Virus record (IMG/VR): IMGVR_UViG_2974603165_000001
Location: 66,589-130,588 of that record
DNA from: a virus
Taxonomy: Duplodnaviria; Heunggongvirae; Uroviricota; Caudoviricetes
DNA: 64,000 nt
Reading direction: 5' to 3' (one strand)
Below are positions 55,896 through 64,000 of the stretch, piece by piece; positions within the stretch are counted from its first letter, which is position 1; each line of letters begins with the position of its first letter. The translations under genes and the position numbers were made by a program. The notes below the pieces were generated by a model. That model ran no database searches. It worked only from the letters and a program-made list of their open reading frames with translations, and was not told the origin of the DNA.

Positions 55896-56052
55896 GTTCG
55901 AGTATAACTTTCAGAAGCTGGTAGGCCAGTGGAAACAGAGTTATCAAGAAAACCACGACAAAGACCCGGATAACTGGCCTTTGGATGTGGAGTTTGCCGG
56001 ATTGTATGAAGACTTCTCAATCTGGATGGAACTGACGGGGGAGAACCTATGA
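55882..56052 (+). CDS. hypothetical small protein (56 aa)
   Basis: TAAGGAGAAAAA RBS then ATG; below ORF-track cutoff. Confidence 0.35.
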   Translation: MTLNEFEYNFQKLVGQWKQSYQENHDKDPDNWPLDVEFAGLYEDFSIWMELTGENL

Positions 56053-56252
56053 GTTTCGGCAGCGACATGACCTTTGAACAACTGGAAGCGCTCCGTGAGC
56101 GCTATCTACCGCTTCAACCAGCACCTTCGGAAGGTGTACGTTGCCTCCACAAGGCATGTGCTGAGTGCGGTGGTTCAGGTGTCCGTAAAAACGGTGGTGC
56201 TTGCATCCACGGGATCGCATGTCCTTGTCCTAATTGCAGTTTTACGTGCTAA
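56049..56252 (+). CDS. small Cys-rich zinc-finger protein
   Basis: CLHKACAECGGSG...CIHGIACPCPNCSFTC. Confidence 0.45.
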   Translation: MSFGSDMTFEQLEALRERYLPLQPAPSEGVRCLHKACAECGGSGVRKNGGACIHGIACPCPNCSFTC

Positions 56253-56334
56253 ATAGGACAAAATATAGGTTACTTCTTATACAAATTGTGATTATTCCGT
56301 GATAAAATAGAATCTCACACATAGGAGGTAGGTT

Positions 56335-56811
56335 ATGTTTCAGAAACTCGTAAGAGAAAGGCCAGCCCTACAGGAGCATTGGAAGGAACTCTTGGAAAAG
56401 GGCGAAATCGAAACAGCGAAAGGAAGCATCTCCCTAAAGAGACGACCTTGCGGTGACAGAACACTGATTGTACGTGACTTTGAGAATGATATTCTCTTCC
56501 ACACGATCACAGCCAGACTTGATGTCACCCGTGCAGCTTCGACTGCTCCAAACAAATTCAGCTTCCGCGTCAGAAAGATGGGAGACCTCGATCCTGACGA
56601 CTTAGACCCTGCATTCGATAAGTATGAAGGGTTTGAAACGGCCCTTCGTGACCTTTACCGTGCAGTGGATAAGATCATTGAAGAACACGAGAAGGAAAGT
56701 CCTCCTGACGAGAGGGTTGCCCGGTGGTTAAGCTCATCAGGCAACAGCCTTTTCCTTTTAGGTACAACAGCTTACGCAATTCTGACTCTGATCGCGTTGC
56801 TGTCACGATAA
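56335..56811 (+). CDS. hypothetical protein with C-terminal TM anchor
   Basis: 158 aa; TAGGAGGTAGG RBS. Confidence 0.5.
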   Translation: MFQKLVRERPALQEHWKELLEKGEIETAKGSISLKRRPCGDRTLIVRDFENDILFHTITARLDVTRAASTAPNKFSFRVRKMGDLDPDDLDPAFDKYEGFETALRDLYRAVDKIIEEHEKESPPDERVARWLSSSGNSLFLLGTTAYAILTLIALLSR

Positions 56812-56825
56812 GGAGAGCAACCTGA

Positions 56826-57206
56826 ATGTCGAATCGCCAAGCCTATTACAAGGCTTATGCTGCCCGTCGTCGCGAACTTGACAAAGCTCGTCGAGCAACC
56901 CCAGAAGGGAAAGCTGAACAACTGCGAATCCGATATGCACGGATCGCAGCGATTGAACGAGCAACAACCCACACCGAATGGGATGAGTTCGTCCGCGAAG
57001 AAGCGGATGCGCTTTGCAAAGTACGTAATGAGGAGACCTGCTTGAAATGGGAACCAGATCACATGATCCCACTGAGAGCAAAAACCTGTTCAGGGCTTAA
57101 CTGCGGGGACAACATCCAGGTAATACCCGCCAGTCTGAACCGGAGCAAGAAGAACCGTATGATCCTGACGCAAAGAAATGAGTGGCTGAGATTTATGGTC
57201 TTATAA
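56826..57206 (+). CDS. HNH endonuclease
   Basis: EPDHMIPL...GLNCGDNIQVIPASLNRSK (His-Me finger HNH/N motif). Confidence 0.6.
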   Translation: MSNRQAYYKAYAARRRELDKARRATPEGKAEQLRIRYARIAAIERATTHTEWDEFVREEADALCKVRNEETCLKWEPDHMIPLRAKTCSGLNCGDNIQVIPASLNRSKKNRMILTQRNEWLRFMVL

Positions 57207-57237
57207 AAAGAAACCCGCCTTTCGGCGGGTTTTTTAT
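57205..57237. terminator. bidirectional rho-independent terminator
   Basis: AAACCCGCC-TTTC-GGCGGGTTT hairpin flanked by A tract upstream and T tract downstream; separates convergent genes. Confidence 0.75.
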
Positions 57238-57530
57238 TGGTCGTAATTGTCGATTACGATGATGTCTTCGACATCTAAGTGCATCAGGTTTTTGTGGTGG
57301 ATGACATGCTCTTGCGGTAGGCCATCTACATCAACCAGGAAGAAACCGTTGCTCATGGCCTCCTTAATGGTGACCTCTAATCCGTTCAGGATCTCTTCGT
57401 TGGAGTCTTTGGGAAACCCGTAGATAATCCCTAACTCGCCTTCCTGTACACGCGGGTCATATTGGTTGCGGTCTGGTTGTCCGCTGTCTTTAAGGAGCAA
57501 GGTCATAGGTTTCCTCTTGGTCAATAACAC
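57234..57530 (-). CDS. hypothetical protein (second gene of antisense cassette)
   Basis: 98-aa ORF co-transcribed downstream of peptidase gene. Confidence 0.45.
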   Translation of the reverse strand: MLLTKRKPMTLLLKDSGQPDRNQYDPRVQEGELGIIYGFPKDSNEEILNGLEVTIKEAMSNGFFLVDVDGLPQEHVIHHKNLMHLDVEDIIVIDNYDQ

Positions 57531-58062
57531 GGTTTGTTAAGAAAGTATGGAAGTCATAGTCATGGCTTCTCTGAGCAATCTTGCGGCGGTCTGCAAAAGC
57601 CTCTGCGGAGAAATCCGAAGCAGCTTTAGACACCTTCACGCGCTCGATACCGATGATCTCAGCATCCAACTCCCAGCAAATCGGGTACTCACTGTTTTCA
57701 TCTAACGGTAGCCATGAAGACTGATAGTAACGACGGCCTTTACGACCTTTTGCCGGGTCAAATACCGTAATTGTCCAGTTGTTATCCACTTGGAAGATGA
57801 CCTGGTGCATACCGCCTGTGATATTCAGGGATGGAACGCCGACCAAGTAGGTCTTGTTGCGTTTCAGGGTGTGGCGATCACGAGGTTTACGCCATTTCAG
57901 GCCCACGCTGTCAAGAATCTGGTGGGTTGTCAGTCTTCCAGACCAGAATAAGGGGTGATACCGCGCTACAATGTCGTCAGGGCTTTGTTTTCCGAGCAAC
58001 ATGGCAATACATGTGGTGACACACGAGTAAAGTGTGGGTTGAGTCAGTTGGGTAGGTAGCAT
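57490..58062 (-). CDS. papain-like cysteine peptidase, C39-like domain
   Basis: N-terminal QPTLYSCVTTCIAMLLG (Gln-x5-Cys in C39 context) and downstream GGMHQVIF His; GGAGGA RBS; sits under a perfect consensus promoter. Confidence 0.45.
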   Translation of the reverse strand: MLPTQLTQPTLYSCVTTCIAMLLGKQSPDDIVARYHPLFWSGRLTTHQILDSVGLKWRKPRDRHTLKRNKTYLVGVPSLNITGGMHQVIFQVDNNWTITVFDPAKGRKGRRYYQSSWLPLDENSEYPICWELDAEIIGIERVKVSKAASDFSAEAFADRRKIAQRSHDYDFHTFLTNRVIDQEETYDLAP

Positions 58063-58091
58063 AGCGTCCTCCAGTGAGTGAATTTACGACG

Positions 58092-58119
58092 ATTATACGT
58101 GAAACTTTTCTCTTGTCAA
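58092..58119 (-). promoter_or_regulatory. consensus sigma70 promoter for antisense cassette
   Basis: minus strand TTGACA - 16 nt - TATAAT; its -35 is one half of palindrome TTGTCAA-tac-TTGACA shared with the divergent plus promoter. Confidence 0.65.
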
Positions 58120-58122
58120 TAC

Positions 58123-58151
58123 TTGACAGCTAAAAACCCGTTCTGTATCAT
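58123..58151 (+). promoter_or_regulatory. sigma70-type promoter for the 58186-59654 operon
   Basis: TTGACA - 17 nt - TATCAT; its -35 is the other half of the same palindrome. Confidence 0.6.
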
Positions 58152-58185
58152 CCTCAGACATCAAACAAATACAGAGGAGACAGAA

Positions 58186-58506
58186 ATGAAATTTGAAGAA
58201 GGCCAAAAGCTGCTGATCACCACCGACAACTACTTCTTTGCGCCTGACGGTAGACAATATCGCGCCGCATACGGGGTCTGTCATGGAATCCAGGACGCCG
58301 AAGCCACACTGGGACTGAAAACCAACCGTGGATCATCCAACTGGTATGTTCTCTTAGGTAATCTACTTATCGCTGGGTGCCAGATCCATTACGCTATCGC
58401 TACGGACACCGTTAACCTCGGTTCCACCAACGAGTACGTCTTCCACGAAGGACAGAAGATGCCGTACAACTGCCCGTCTCAAATTTACTACGCAGGAGAA
58501 GAGTAA
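58186..58506 (+). CDS. hypothetical protein
   Basis: ATG 58186 with AGAGGAGACAGAA RBS; 106 aa; translationally coupled to GHKL gene. Confidence 0.5.
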   Translation: MKFEEGQKLLITTDNYFFAPDGRQYRAAYGVCHGIQDAEATLGLKTNRGSSNWYVLLGNLLIAGCQIHYAIATDTVNLGSTNEYVFHEGQKMPYNCPSQIYYAGEE

Positions 58507-59654
58507 TGAAGCAGATTAAACTATCAATCACGGAAACTTACGTCTCCCACTGGGGTTGGTGGCAGGGTGTTCGTGAGATCCTGCAAAATGCCGTGGACAC
58601 TAAAGACTACGACGTAGATTTCGGTCTGGATAACATCCGTATCGTGTCTCGTGGTGGAAAAATCCCGGTCAGCGCCCTGCTTTTGGGTAAAACCACCAAG
58701 GCAGATGACGACTCTACTATCGGCAAGTTCGGTGAGGGTATGAAGCTGGGCTTCTTGGTGCTGAAACGCTTAGGTGCTGGGGTCGTGGTGAACAATGCCG
58801 GGGATCTGTGGTCTCCTGAGATGGTTTTCGATGACCTTTTCAACGAACACGTCTTGGCGGTGAATATCGAAGAGGGTTCTCTGATTTCAAGCCCTTCCTC
58901 TGTGGAGATTGGGATCAACAACATCCCTCCCGAGGTGGTTGAGGAGATCAAATCGAAGTTCGCTCCGACTCAGAACCGTAAAGTGGTGATCGAGAGTCGT
59001 AAAGGTAAGGCTTACGAGAAGGATGGTGATCATAAGAACTGCCGCCTGTTCGTCAGTGGCATCTTCGTGACTGAAATCGAAGGGAAGTTCAAGTTCGACT
59101 ATGACTTCTGCCCGGATACCTTCGTCCTCGACCGTGATCGCGACACGGCGAACAACTGGGAAGTGAAATATCACGCTGCTGAACTGATCCGTGACTCCGA
59201 CGATGTGGAACTCTTAGCGGAACTGGCGACAGAGAACTATGCAGACTTAGCGGAGTTCCGTGGTTCCTTCGAACGCCGTTACGGGACACACCGTCACCGT
59301 GGTTATTCCGAGGGTTATGAGGAAAACAACCTCAACGACCGTGCGGTGCAGGTGTTCCAGGAAAAGAATGGCTATGAAGCCTTCCCTATCAACAAGGAAT
59401 GGGACGCTACTAAGAAGCGTTTAGTCACTCACAAGGCAGTGAAGCACGGATACGTGCCTGTAGAGGTGAACAACGCCACCTTCACCATGATCAAGCATGG
59501 TTATGAAGTCGATGAGGAGGTTGAAGCCTGGATGGAGTTCAAACCTTTGGAGTTCCTGGAGAAATTCCTGGAAAGACATCGCCGCAAGATGTACAACAAG
59601 ACGATCCGTGAACTGGAAAACACAATCGAAATGTTGAAGGTCGCCAAGGGATGA
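58506..59654 (+). CDS. GHKL (Bergerat-fold) ATPase domain protein
   Basis: N box REILQNAVDT (ExxxNAxD) and G2 box GKFGEGMKLGF near N-terminus; 382 aa. Confidence 0.5.
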   Translation: MKQIKLSITETYVSHWGWWQGVREILQNAVDTKDYDVDFGLDNIRIVSRGGKIPVSALLLGKTTKADDDSTIGKFGEGMKLGFLVLKRLGAGVVVNNAGDLWSPEMVFDDLFNEHVLAVNIEEGSLISSPSSVEIGINNIPPEVVEEIKSKFAPTQNRKVVIESRKGKAYEKDGDHKNCRLFVSGIFVTEIEGKFKFDYDFCPDTFVLDRDRDTANNWEVKYHAAELIRDSDDVELLAELATENYADLAEFRGSFERRYGTHRHRGYSEGYEENNLNDRAVQVFQEKNGYEAFPINKEWDATKKRLVTHKAVKHGYVPVEVNNATFTMIKHGYEVDEEVEAWMEFKPLEFLEKFLERHRRKMYNKTIRELENTIEMLKVAKG

Positions 59655-59775
59655 CATATTCAGTCTACGGACGGATGTCATTGGATGCCTGCTCCCTGCA
59701 AGGGGAGTGGTATTTTCTGAAAGGGAGCTTGACAGCATCCGAAGCAGAGGTTAAAGTGGAACACTACAAAAAGAC

Positions 59776-60033
59776 GTGGCGATACGTCGAAATTCGAGAG
59801 GAGAACAGAGAATGAAACAATTCTTAACTTGCACGGTCATAGGTATGCTGATCATCTCTGGGATGGTTGCCTTTGGAATGGGGATGCACTCAGTTTTCGG
59901 TGATAATGCAGGAAAAGCATTCCTGGCCCTGATTGTATTGATCTTCGGGAGTGCTTTTCTGGGAGTGGTTGCAAGAGATATTTTCTCCGGCACCCGCTGG
60001 ATGGAGAAGATCAACAACTGGGCAGCAAAATGA
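59776..60033 (+). CDS. small membrane protein
   Basis: 85 aa, two TM helices. Confidence 0.45.
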   Translation: MAIRRNSRGEQRMKQFLTCTVIGMLIISGMVAFGMGMHSVFGDNAGKAFLALIVLIFGSAFLGVVARDIFSGTRWMEKINNWAAK

Positions 60034-60308
60034 TCCAATTGCTCAAGCGTTTATTCGCTTTCGAAAAGTCCGTTGTGGTGGGTACACTGAAATGGACGAT
60101 AAACTGGACAGATGTTGGTTGCAAAGACACCGGGATCTGGCTATTATACGAGACTCAGAGCGGTCAACGCTCTTTTGAAATCTCGAACAGGGCCACAATG
60201 ACAAATACGTCAGAACACCCCGGATATGGAGACGTTCTGGCATGGTCTAAAGGTGGTGATTGGCCTTCGGGCGCTAAACGCACACAAAAAGGAGCAACAA
60301 ACTCATGA
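60030..60308 (+). CDS. hypothetical protein
   Basis: 92 aa. Confidence 0.45.
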   Translation: MIQLLKRLFAFEKSVVVGTLKWTINWTDVGCKDTGIWLLYETQSGQRSFEISNRATMTNTSEHPGYGDVLAWSKGGDWPSGAKRTQKGATNS

Positions 60309-60523
60309 AAAAGACAATGAGCTTTTTAATCTTCATCTTCCTGATCGCACTGCCGATCACCTTCGTGGATATGGTGACTGCCGCGTTCCTGGAACGCTAC
60401 TTTGCCTTGGGCATCCCGGCGACATTCTTCTTGTCAGTGGTGATCATGATTGTCAGTGCAATTCCTGCGGCGTGGATCTGGCATAAAGTGGAGCAGGCGA
60501 TCTTCAAAGAGGTGGTCGTCTGA
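60305..60523 (+). CDS. small membrane protein
   Basis: 72 aa, two TM helices. Confidence 0.45.
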   Translation: MKKTMSFLIFIFLIALPITFVDMVTAAFLERYFALGIPATFFLSVVIMIVSAIPAAWIWHKVEQAIFKEVVV

Positions 60524-60834
60524 TGAGAACAGAGCACCACGTACTTGGCCCCGGTTCAGAGGGGCTTGAAAAACGAATCTTCCAGCTTCTTTGTCGTGTT
60601 GACAGCGTGAAGGCAAGTTACCAGGGAACCTGGTGCGCTCTGCTCCGCACTAAAGGCTTCTTGAAGTCCGAATACGTCTACACTCACGGCTGCAAGCGCG
60701 TCGGTGCTTTGGTCAAGAAGCTCTACGGCCCGGATGTCGTCCGTTGGGATGCAGAACTCATCGGCTCCAAGTCAAAGCTGGATGTGATGGCATGTAAAAA
60801 TCAGCGATTCCTTTTAGAGGTGAAATACAAATAA
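60523..60834 (+). CDS. hypothetical protein
   Basis: 103 aa. Confidence 0.45.
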   Translation: MRTEHHVLGPGSEGLEKRIFQLLCRVDSVKASYQGTWCALLRTKGFLKSEYVYTHGCKRVGALVKKLYGPDVVRWDAELIGSKSKLDVMACKNQRFLLEVKYK

Positions 60835-61004
60835 TGGAAGTGATTAACATTGTCTTCGGATTGATCGCGGCGGCGGTTGCCTTACTCTGTGCGGAGCGGT
60901 CATTGAAAGACGACCAACCTTACTGGCACCGCCGCATCTTTCTGATCTGCTGCATGATCAATACAGCTTTCGCGACAGGAATCCTGTCAGGCGGGTTCGC
61001 CTAA
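60834..61004 (+). CDS. small membrane protein (56 aa)
   Basis: TAATG-coupled start; two TM helices; below ORF-track cutoff. Confidence 0.35.
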   Translation: MEVINIVFGLIAAAVALLCAERSLKDDQPYWHRRIFLICCMINTAFATGILSGGFA

Positions 61005-61243
61005 TGAGAATCTTTGTGGAGGAGAGAGTCGGAACGCCGATCACTCAAGAAGAAAGAGCTTACCTGCGTGGGCAAATTGCAGACCTTGAAGCTGCAAAAG
61101 AACTTGACAGGCTTGACCGTTCAATAAAAAGCATGACAGAGCTTTGTGGGTCATGGGATGCTGAACTTGAAATTCTGTGCATAGATCACGACATATCTAT
61201 GATTCAAAAAACCCTCGCCGCAGGCATTGTTACAGGAGTCTGA
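61004..61243 (+). CDS. hypothetical protein
   Basis: 79 aa, TAATG-coupled. Confidence 0.45.
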   Translation: MRIFVEERVGTPITQEERAYLRGQIADLEAAKELDRLDRSIKSMTELCGSWDAELEILCIDHDISMIQKTLAAGIVTGV

Positions 61244-61244
61244 G

Positions 61245-61406
61245 ATGAATTTCTGGATGATGAGGGCTTTGGCCCGTGACCATTACTACGCCGAAAAAGA
61301 AGGCGTGTATGCGAATTCAGGATGCGGTGGATTTCTACTGAAAGTCCTCATCATCCTGGCGATTTTGGTTCTCCTCCGTCATTGCGGGGTGATCACCGAT
61401 GAGTAG
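61245..61406 (+). CDS. small membrane protein (53 aa)
   Basis: ATG one nt after upstream stop; one TM helix. Confidence 0.35.
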   Translation: MNFWMMRALARDHYYAEKEGVYANSGCGGFLLKVLIILAILVLLRHCGVITDE

Positions 61407-61611
61407 CATACGTCCGTGGTACAAGAGAGGCGACAACACGAACAAAAACCGCCGCAGAGAGATGAAAGATCGCGTGAAACGCTACATCGACAACTCTTCT
61501 ATGCCGGGTAGTGAAAAAGTGTTTGTAAAGCAGGCCATCTTGAGTATAATGCAGGAATACGCAGAACTCTGGGAGCATCGCCTCCCCAAAACTGAGGAGA
61601 AAATGAAATGA
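61399..61611 (+). CDS. hypothetical basic protein
   Basis: 70 aa. Confidence 0.45.
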   Translation: MSSIRPWYKRGDNTNKNRRREMKDRVKRYIDNSSMPGSEKVFVKQAILSIMQEYAELWEHRLPKTEEKMK

Positions 61612-61760
61612 CAATAGCACTTTTGGTACTGAACTTATTCTGTGGCCTGTGGAACTCCATTATGTCCACAACGGGGAGTCAATTAAGCGTCATAAATGCA
61701 GTTGCCGCAGCAGCTAACTGGGTCGCTGTTGGTGTCCTCGCCTTCTCACTGATTCGCTGA
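61608..61760 (+). CDS. small membrane protein (50 aa)
   Basis: ATGA-coupled start; two hydrophobic segments. Confidence 0.3.
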   Translation: MTIALLVLNLFCGLWNSIMSTTGSQLSVINAVAAAANWVAVGVLAFSLIR

Positions 61761-61775
61761 TAAAGGAGAACTGAT

Positions 61776-62096
61776 ATGCACGTATCTTTTGGAGCAGAAG
61801 CCCGTTCAGATAAGCCCCGCAAAATGCGAGTCCGTGTTTATCTCGACGATTACGGCTGCACCCAATACGAGCCGCAGGCAAAATACTTCCTGCGTTGGTT
61901 GCCAAACAATGGTGGGAGCACCCGTCGTCCTTCCAGCCTGGCATGGAGCCTGATCCACGGTATGAAACTCAAACTGAAAGACATTGAGTTCGTCGAGGAA
62001 GGCCGTGCTAAAGTGAACATGAAGATCATGGAAGAGCAGGAGTACCGCTTATCCTTCTTCCCGTTCGATCCCCCAGTGAGAGGAAAAAGACCATGA
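61776..62096 (+). CDS. hypothetical protein
   Basis: 106 aa; AAAGGAGAA RBS. Confidence 0.5.
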   Translation: MHVSFGAEARSDKPRKMRVRVYLDDYGCTQYEPQAKYFLRWLPNNGGSTRRPSSLAWSLIHGMKLKLKDIEFVEEGRAKVNMKIMEEQEYRLSFFPFDPPVRGKRP

Positions 62097-62308
62097 ACAG
62101 ACTTGAGCAACTCCACAAGGCGTATGAAGCCCAGCAGCCAAACAAGGGTGGTTGGGTATTCACCAAGGATGCTCTTCCACCACGCGATCAGGTGATCGAA
62201 GCCTGGATTAAGTGCGGCGGTTTGGATATCGTAGGCCAACGCATGACCTGTCGGTACATGGAAGACCATGAACTGAAAGAGATCCACGCTTGGAAGCTGG
62301 CTAAGTGA
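62093..62308 (+). CDS. hypothetical protein
   Basis: 71 aa. Confidence 0.45.
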   Translation: MNRLEQLHKAYEAQQPNKGGWVFTKDALPPRDQVIEAWIKCGGLDIVGQRMTCRYMEDHELKEIHAWKLAK

Positions 62309-62517
62309 CAGGGCATAGCTGGGGTGCGAATGTTGCCACTTGCGAATATGTCTATCAATCCAATGACGGATACACGATAGACTGGAAGGGAACTTGTGGC
62401 AACGTGATGACACTTGATATGTCGGCACGAGGAATCATGGGCAACAAGCCTGTATTCAACTACTGCCATCACTGCGGTTGCCGACTGACAGTGAAAGAGT
62501 GGAGTCCAAAACGATGA
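62305..62517 (+). CDS. small Cys-rich protein
   Basis: 70 aa with CEYVYQ...CGNV...CHHCGC. Confidence 0.45.
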   Translation: MTGHSWGANVATCEYVYQSNDGYTIDWKGTCGNVMTLDMSARGIMGNKPVFNYCHHCGCRLTVKEWSPKR

Positions 62518-62744
62518 ATACCCTAAACCACAAATCTGTGGATGCCCTCCCGAGGTGTCCCCACTGCGGAGCTACTTCGGCAACCACTTGGGTGACCGAG
62601 CGGTACGCAAAGTCGGTAGACTTCGAGGGCGTCTCCTTGGGTATGTCCGAGAATGAAATCGTCCGAGGAGGTAAGCGATTCCTCTGCGATGGTTGTGATC
62701 GAGACGTGTCCAAACTAATCCCAACATGGACGCCGTTCTCATGA
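62514..62744 (+). CDS. zinc-ribbon protein
   Basis: ATG 62514; CPHCGA...CDGCDRD. Confidence 0.45.
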   Translation: MNTLNHKSVDALPRCPHCGATSATTWVTERYAKSVDFEGVSLGMSENEIVRGGKRFLCDGCDRDVSKLIPTWTPFS

Positions 62745-63103
62745 TGTACACCTTTTATGAATCCTTTGAGTTCGGGTCTAACTCCTCCACAATGAGGACG
62801 AAGACCTGGCTCACCAATAAGGTGGATGTCTATACCGACCCACAACCCAGTTTGGTGAGACTCATGCAGAAACGGTACGGTACGAAGTACGCTTCGGTGA
62901 ATAAGAACACCAACAAGTTGTACGTCCGCCAGCGTGTACGCAGGGCCACAGTCAAATATTACAATCAGGAGCGGTTCCGCAATCCAGAGTTCGGATATGC
63001 CTGGGTAGAGAACTCCGCTTTAGATATCAACTTAGTTAAGGAGTACAACGACAATGACGATTTATCGTGGAGAAGTGGAAAAGTCCACCTCGCTACCTCG
63101 TAG
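62726..63103 (+). CDS. hypothetical protein
   Basis: 125 aa. Confidence 0.5.
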   Translation: MDAVLMMYTFYESFEFGSNSSTMRTKTWLTNKVDVYTDPQPSLVRLMQKRYGTKYASVNKNTNKLYVRQRVRRATVKYYNQERFRNPEFGYAWVENSALDINLVKEYNDNDDLSWRSGKVHLATS

Positions 63104-63527
63104 CGGCCCAGCAGGTGTCGATGGTTATATGATACGTAAACTGACCAAGCAGAAAGGGGATTTGCCTCCTTATGTGGAGTGGCACGTCACTAATGGAAGA
63201 AATCCCTTGACGGTTTACGTCCCTAACGGCTTAGACCGCATCATCGGCAATCCGTATAAGACCCACGAGCAGGCACTGACTGCGATCCGTATGCACAAAG
63301 AAGAGCATATGAAACCAACAATTGTGGAGGAGCGATTCTTCGACGATAAGCTGCAACCAGTAATGGAGCAGGCAGACGGGCAATCAATGGTTCTTGTCCC
63401 AGACTTGACCTTCCCGGATCACAAGGTCATCCCATACCACAAACCTGCTATGGACTTCATGATCAACTTTGCCTTCTTTGTGCTGGGATCAGGTGTGAGT
63501 CTCCTCATGGCACACCTTTTAAAATAG
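63054..63527 (+). CDS. hypothetical protein with C-terminal TM helix
   Basis: TAAGGAG RBS 9 nt before ATG 63054; 157 aa. Confidence 0.5.
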   Translation: MTIYRGEVEKSTSLPRSGPAGVDGYMIRKLTKQKGDLPPYVEWHVTNGRNPLTVYVPNGLDRIIGNPYKTHEQALTAIRMHKEEHMKPTIVEERFFDDKLQPVMEQADGQSMVLVPDLTFPDHKVIPYHKPAMDFMINFAFFVLGSGVSLLMAHLLK

Positions 63528-63593
63528 CGCTTGACAGCTACGCACCAAACCGTTTAAACTCCTCCCAACAACTAATTGAGAGGAGAGAATGAT

Positions 63594-63770
63594 ATGTACT
63601 TTTTAGGACTGCTGCTCATCGCATTGGGCATTATACTGATTGGCCTGTTAGTGTGGCTGTTCTTGTGTGATGACGATGATGACGACACACCATCTTGCGG
63701 TATGTCTCCAACAACGGCAACACTGCTGACAACCCAACAACAGATGATGATCATCACCACAATCCTGTAA
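63594..63770 (+). CDS. small membrane protein with poly-Asp segment
   Basis: ATG 63594 after GAGGAGAGAATG; TM helix then DDDDDD. Confidence 0.4.
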   Translation: MYFLGLLLIALGIILIGLLVWLFLCDDDDDDTPSCGMSPTTATLLTTQQQMMIITTIL

Positions 63771-63782
63771 GGAGGTTTTCAG

Positions 63783-64000
63783 ATGCCTTGTTCTTTTAAT
63801 GAGTACGACAGGAAGACACGCAAAGCTGTCAAGCCTAAAGCGCTTAATGTTGAGGTCTCCATCAACTATTGGGGACACACTGAATACCAACTATACGGAA
63901 AGTTCAAATGGTTGTTATTCCTGGATTATTGGGCGGAGAATATCTTCAAGCCCACACGCAAACCCTCCTCTCTTATGAGGTGGATACACGACTACGGTTT
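63783..64000 (+). CDS. hypothetical protein, 5' part (runs off window end)
   Basis: GGAGG RBS then ATG 63783; open to end of window. Confidence 0.4.
   Translation, partial: MPCSFNEYDRKTRKAVKPKALNVEVSINYWGHTEYQLYGKFKWLLFLDYWAENIFKPTRKPSSLMRWIHDYG

Overview
This 64-kb window reads as part of a large virulent (lytic) dsDNA phage genome with two divergently transcribed blocks. The leftward (minus-strand) block, 1-22043, carries head and packaging genes (portal, large terminase), an Rz/Rz1-type spanin pair, a Pol-beta-fold nucleotidyltransferase and an ~10-kb tRNA island (7.6-17.8 kb). The island holds at least 25 tRNA genes, all with encoded CCA, several of them structurally atypical, plus tRNA-like and other structured RNA candidates, small secreted proteins and an HNH endonuclease. 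It is followed by NAD+ salvage genes (nadV, prs) and an HTH regulator. A divergent control region with tandem direct repeats lies at 22.04-22.29 kb. The rightward (plus-strand) block, 22288 to the window end, is an early/DNA-metabolism region. It contains an RNA repair cassette (metallophosphoesterase, RNA ligase, polynucleotide kinase), a Sir2-family protein, an ATP-dependent DNA ligase, a FEN-type 5'-3' nuclease, RuvC-like and Endo VII resolvases, kinase and nucleotidase genes, thyX, class Ib RNR (nrdI-nrdE-nrdF plus an nrdH-like glutaredoxin), a GH19 endolysin, phoH, a ClpP-like protease, a DNA methyltransferase, a CCA-adding enzyme, two further nucleotidyltransferases, a GHKL ATPase, HNH endonucleases and many small membrane or zinc-finger ORFs. 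The gene content is reminiscent of Felix-O1-like or T5-like enterobacterial phages; this cannot be verified without a database search. The ORF track translates TTG/GTG starts as M, so several starts were re-picked from RBS context. The most unusual signals are the atypical tRNAs and tRNA-like RNAs, a combined tRNA-maintenance toolkit, NAD salvage next to a zinc-less Sir2, and an antisense two-gene cassette (C39-like peptidase) driven by back-to-back consensus promoters that share a palindrome.
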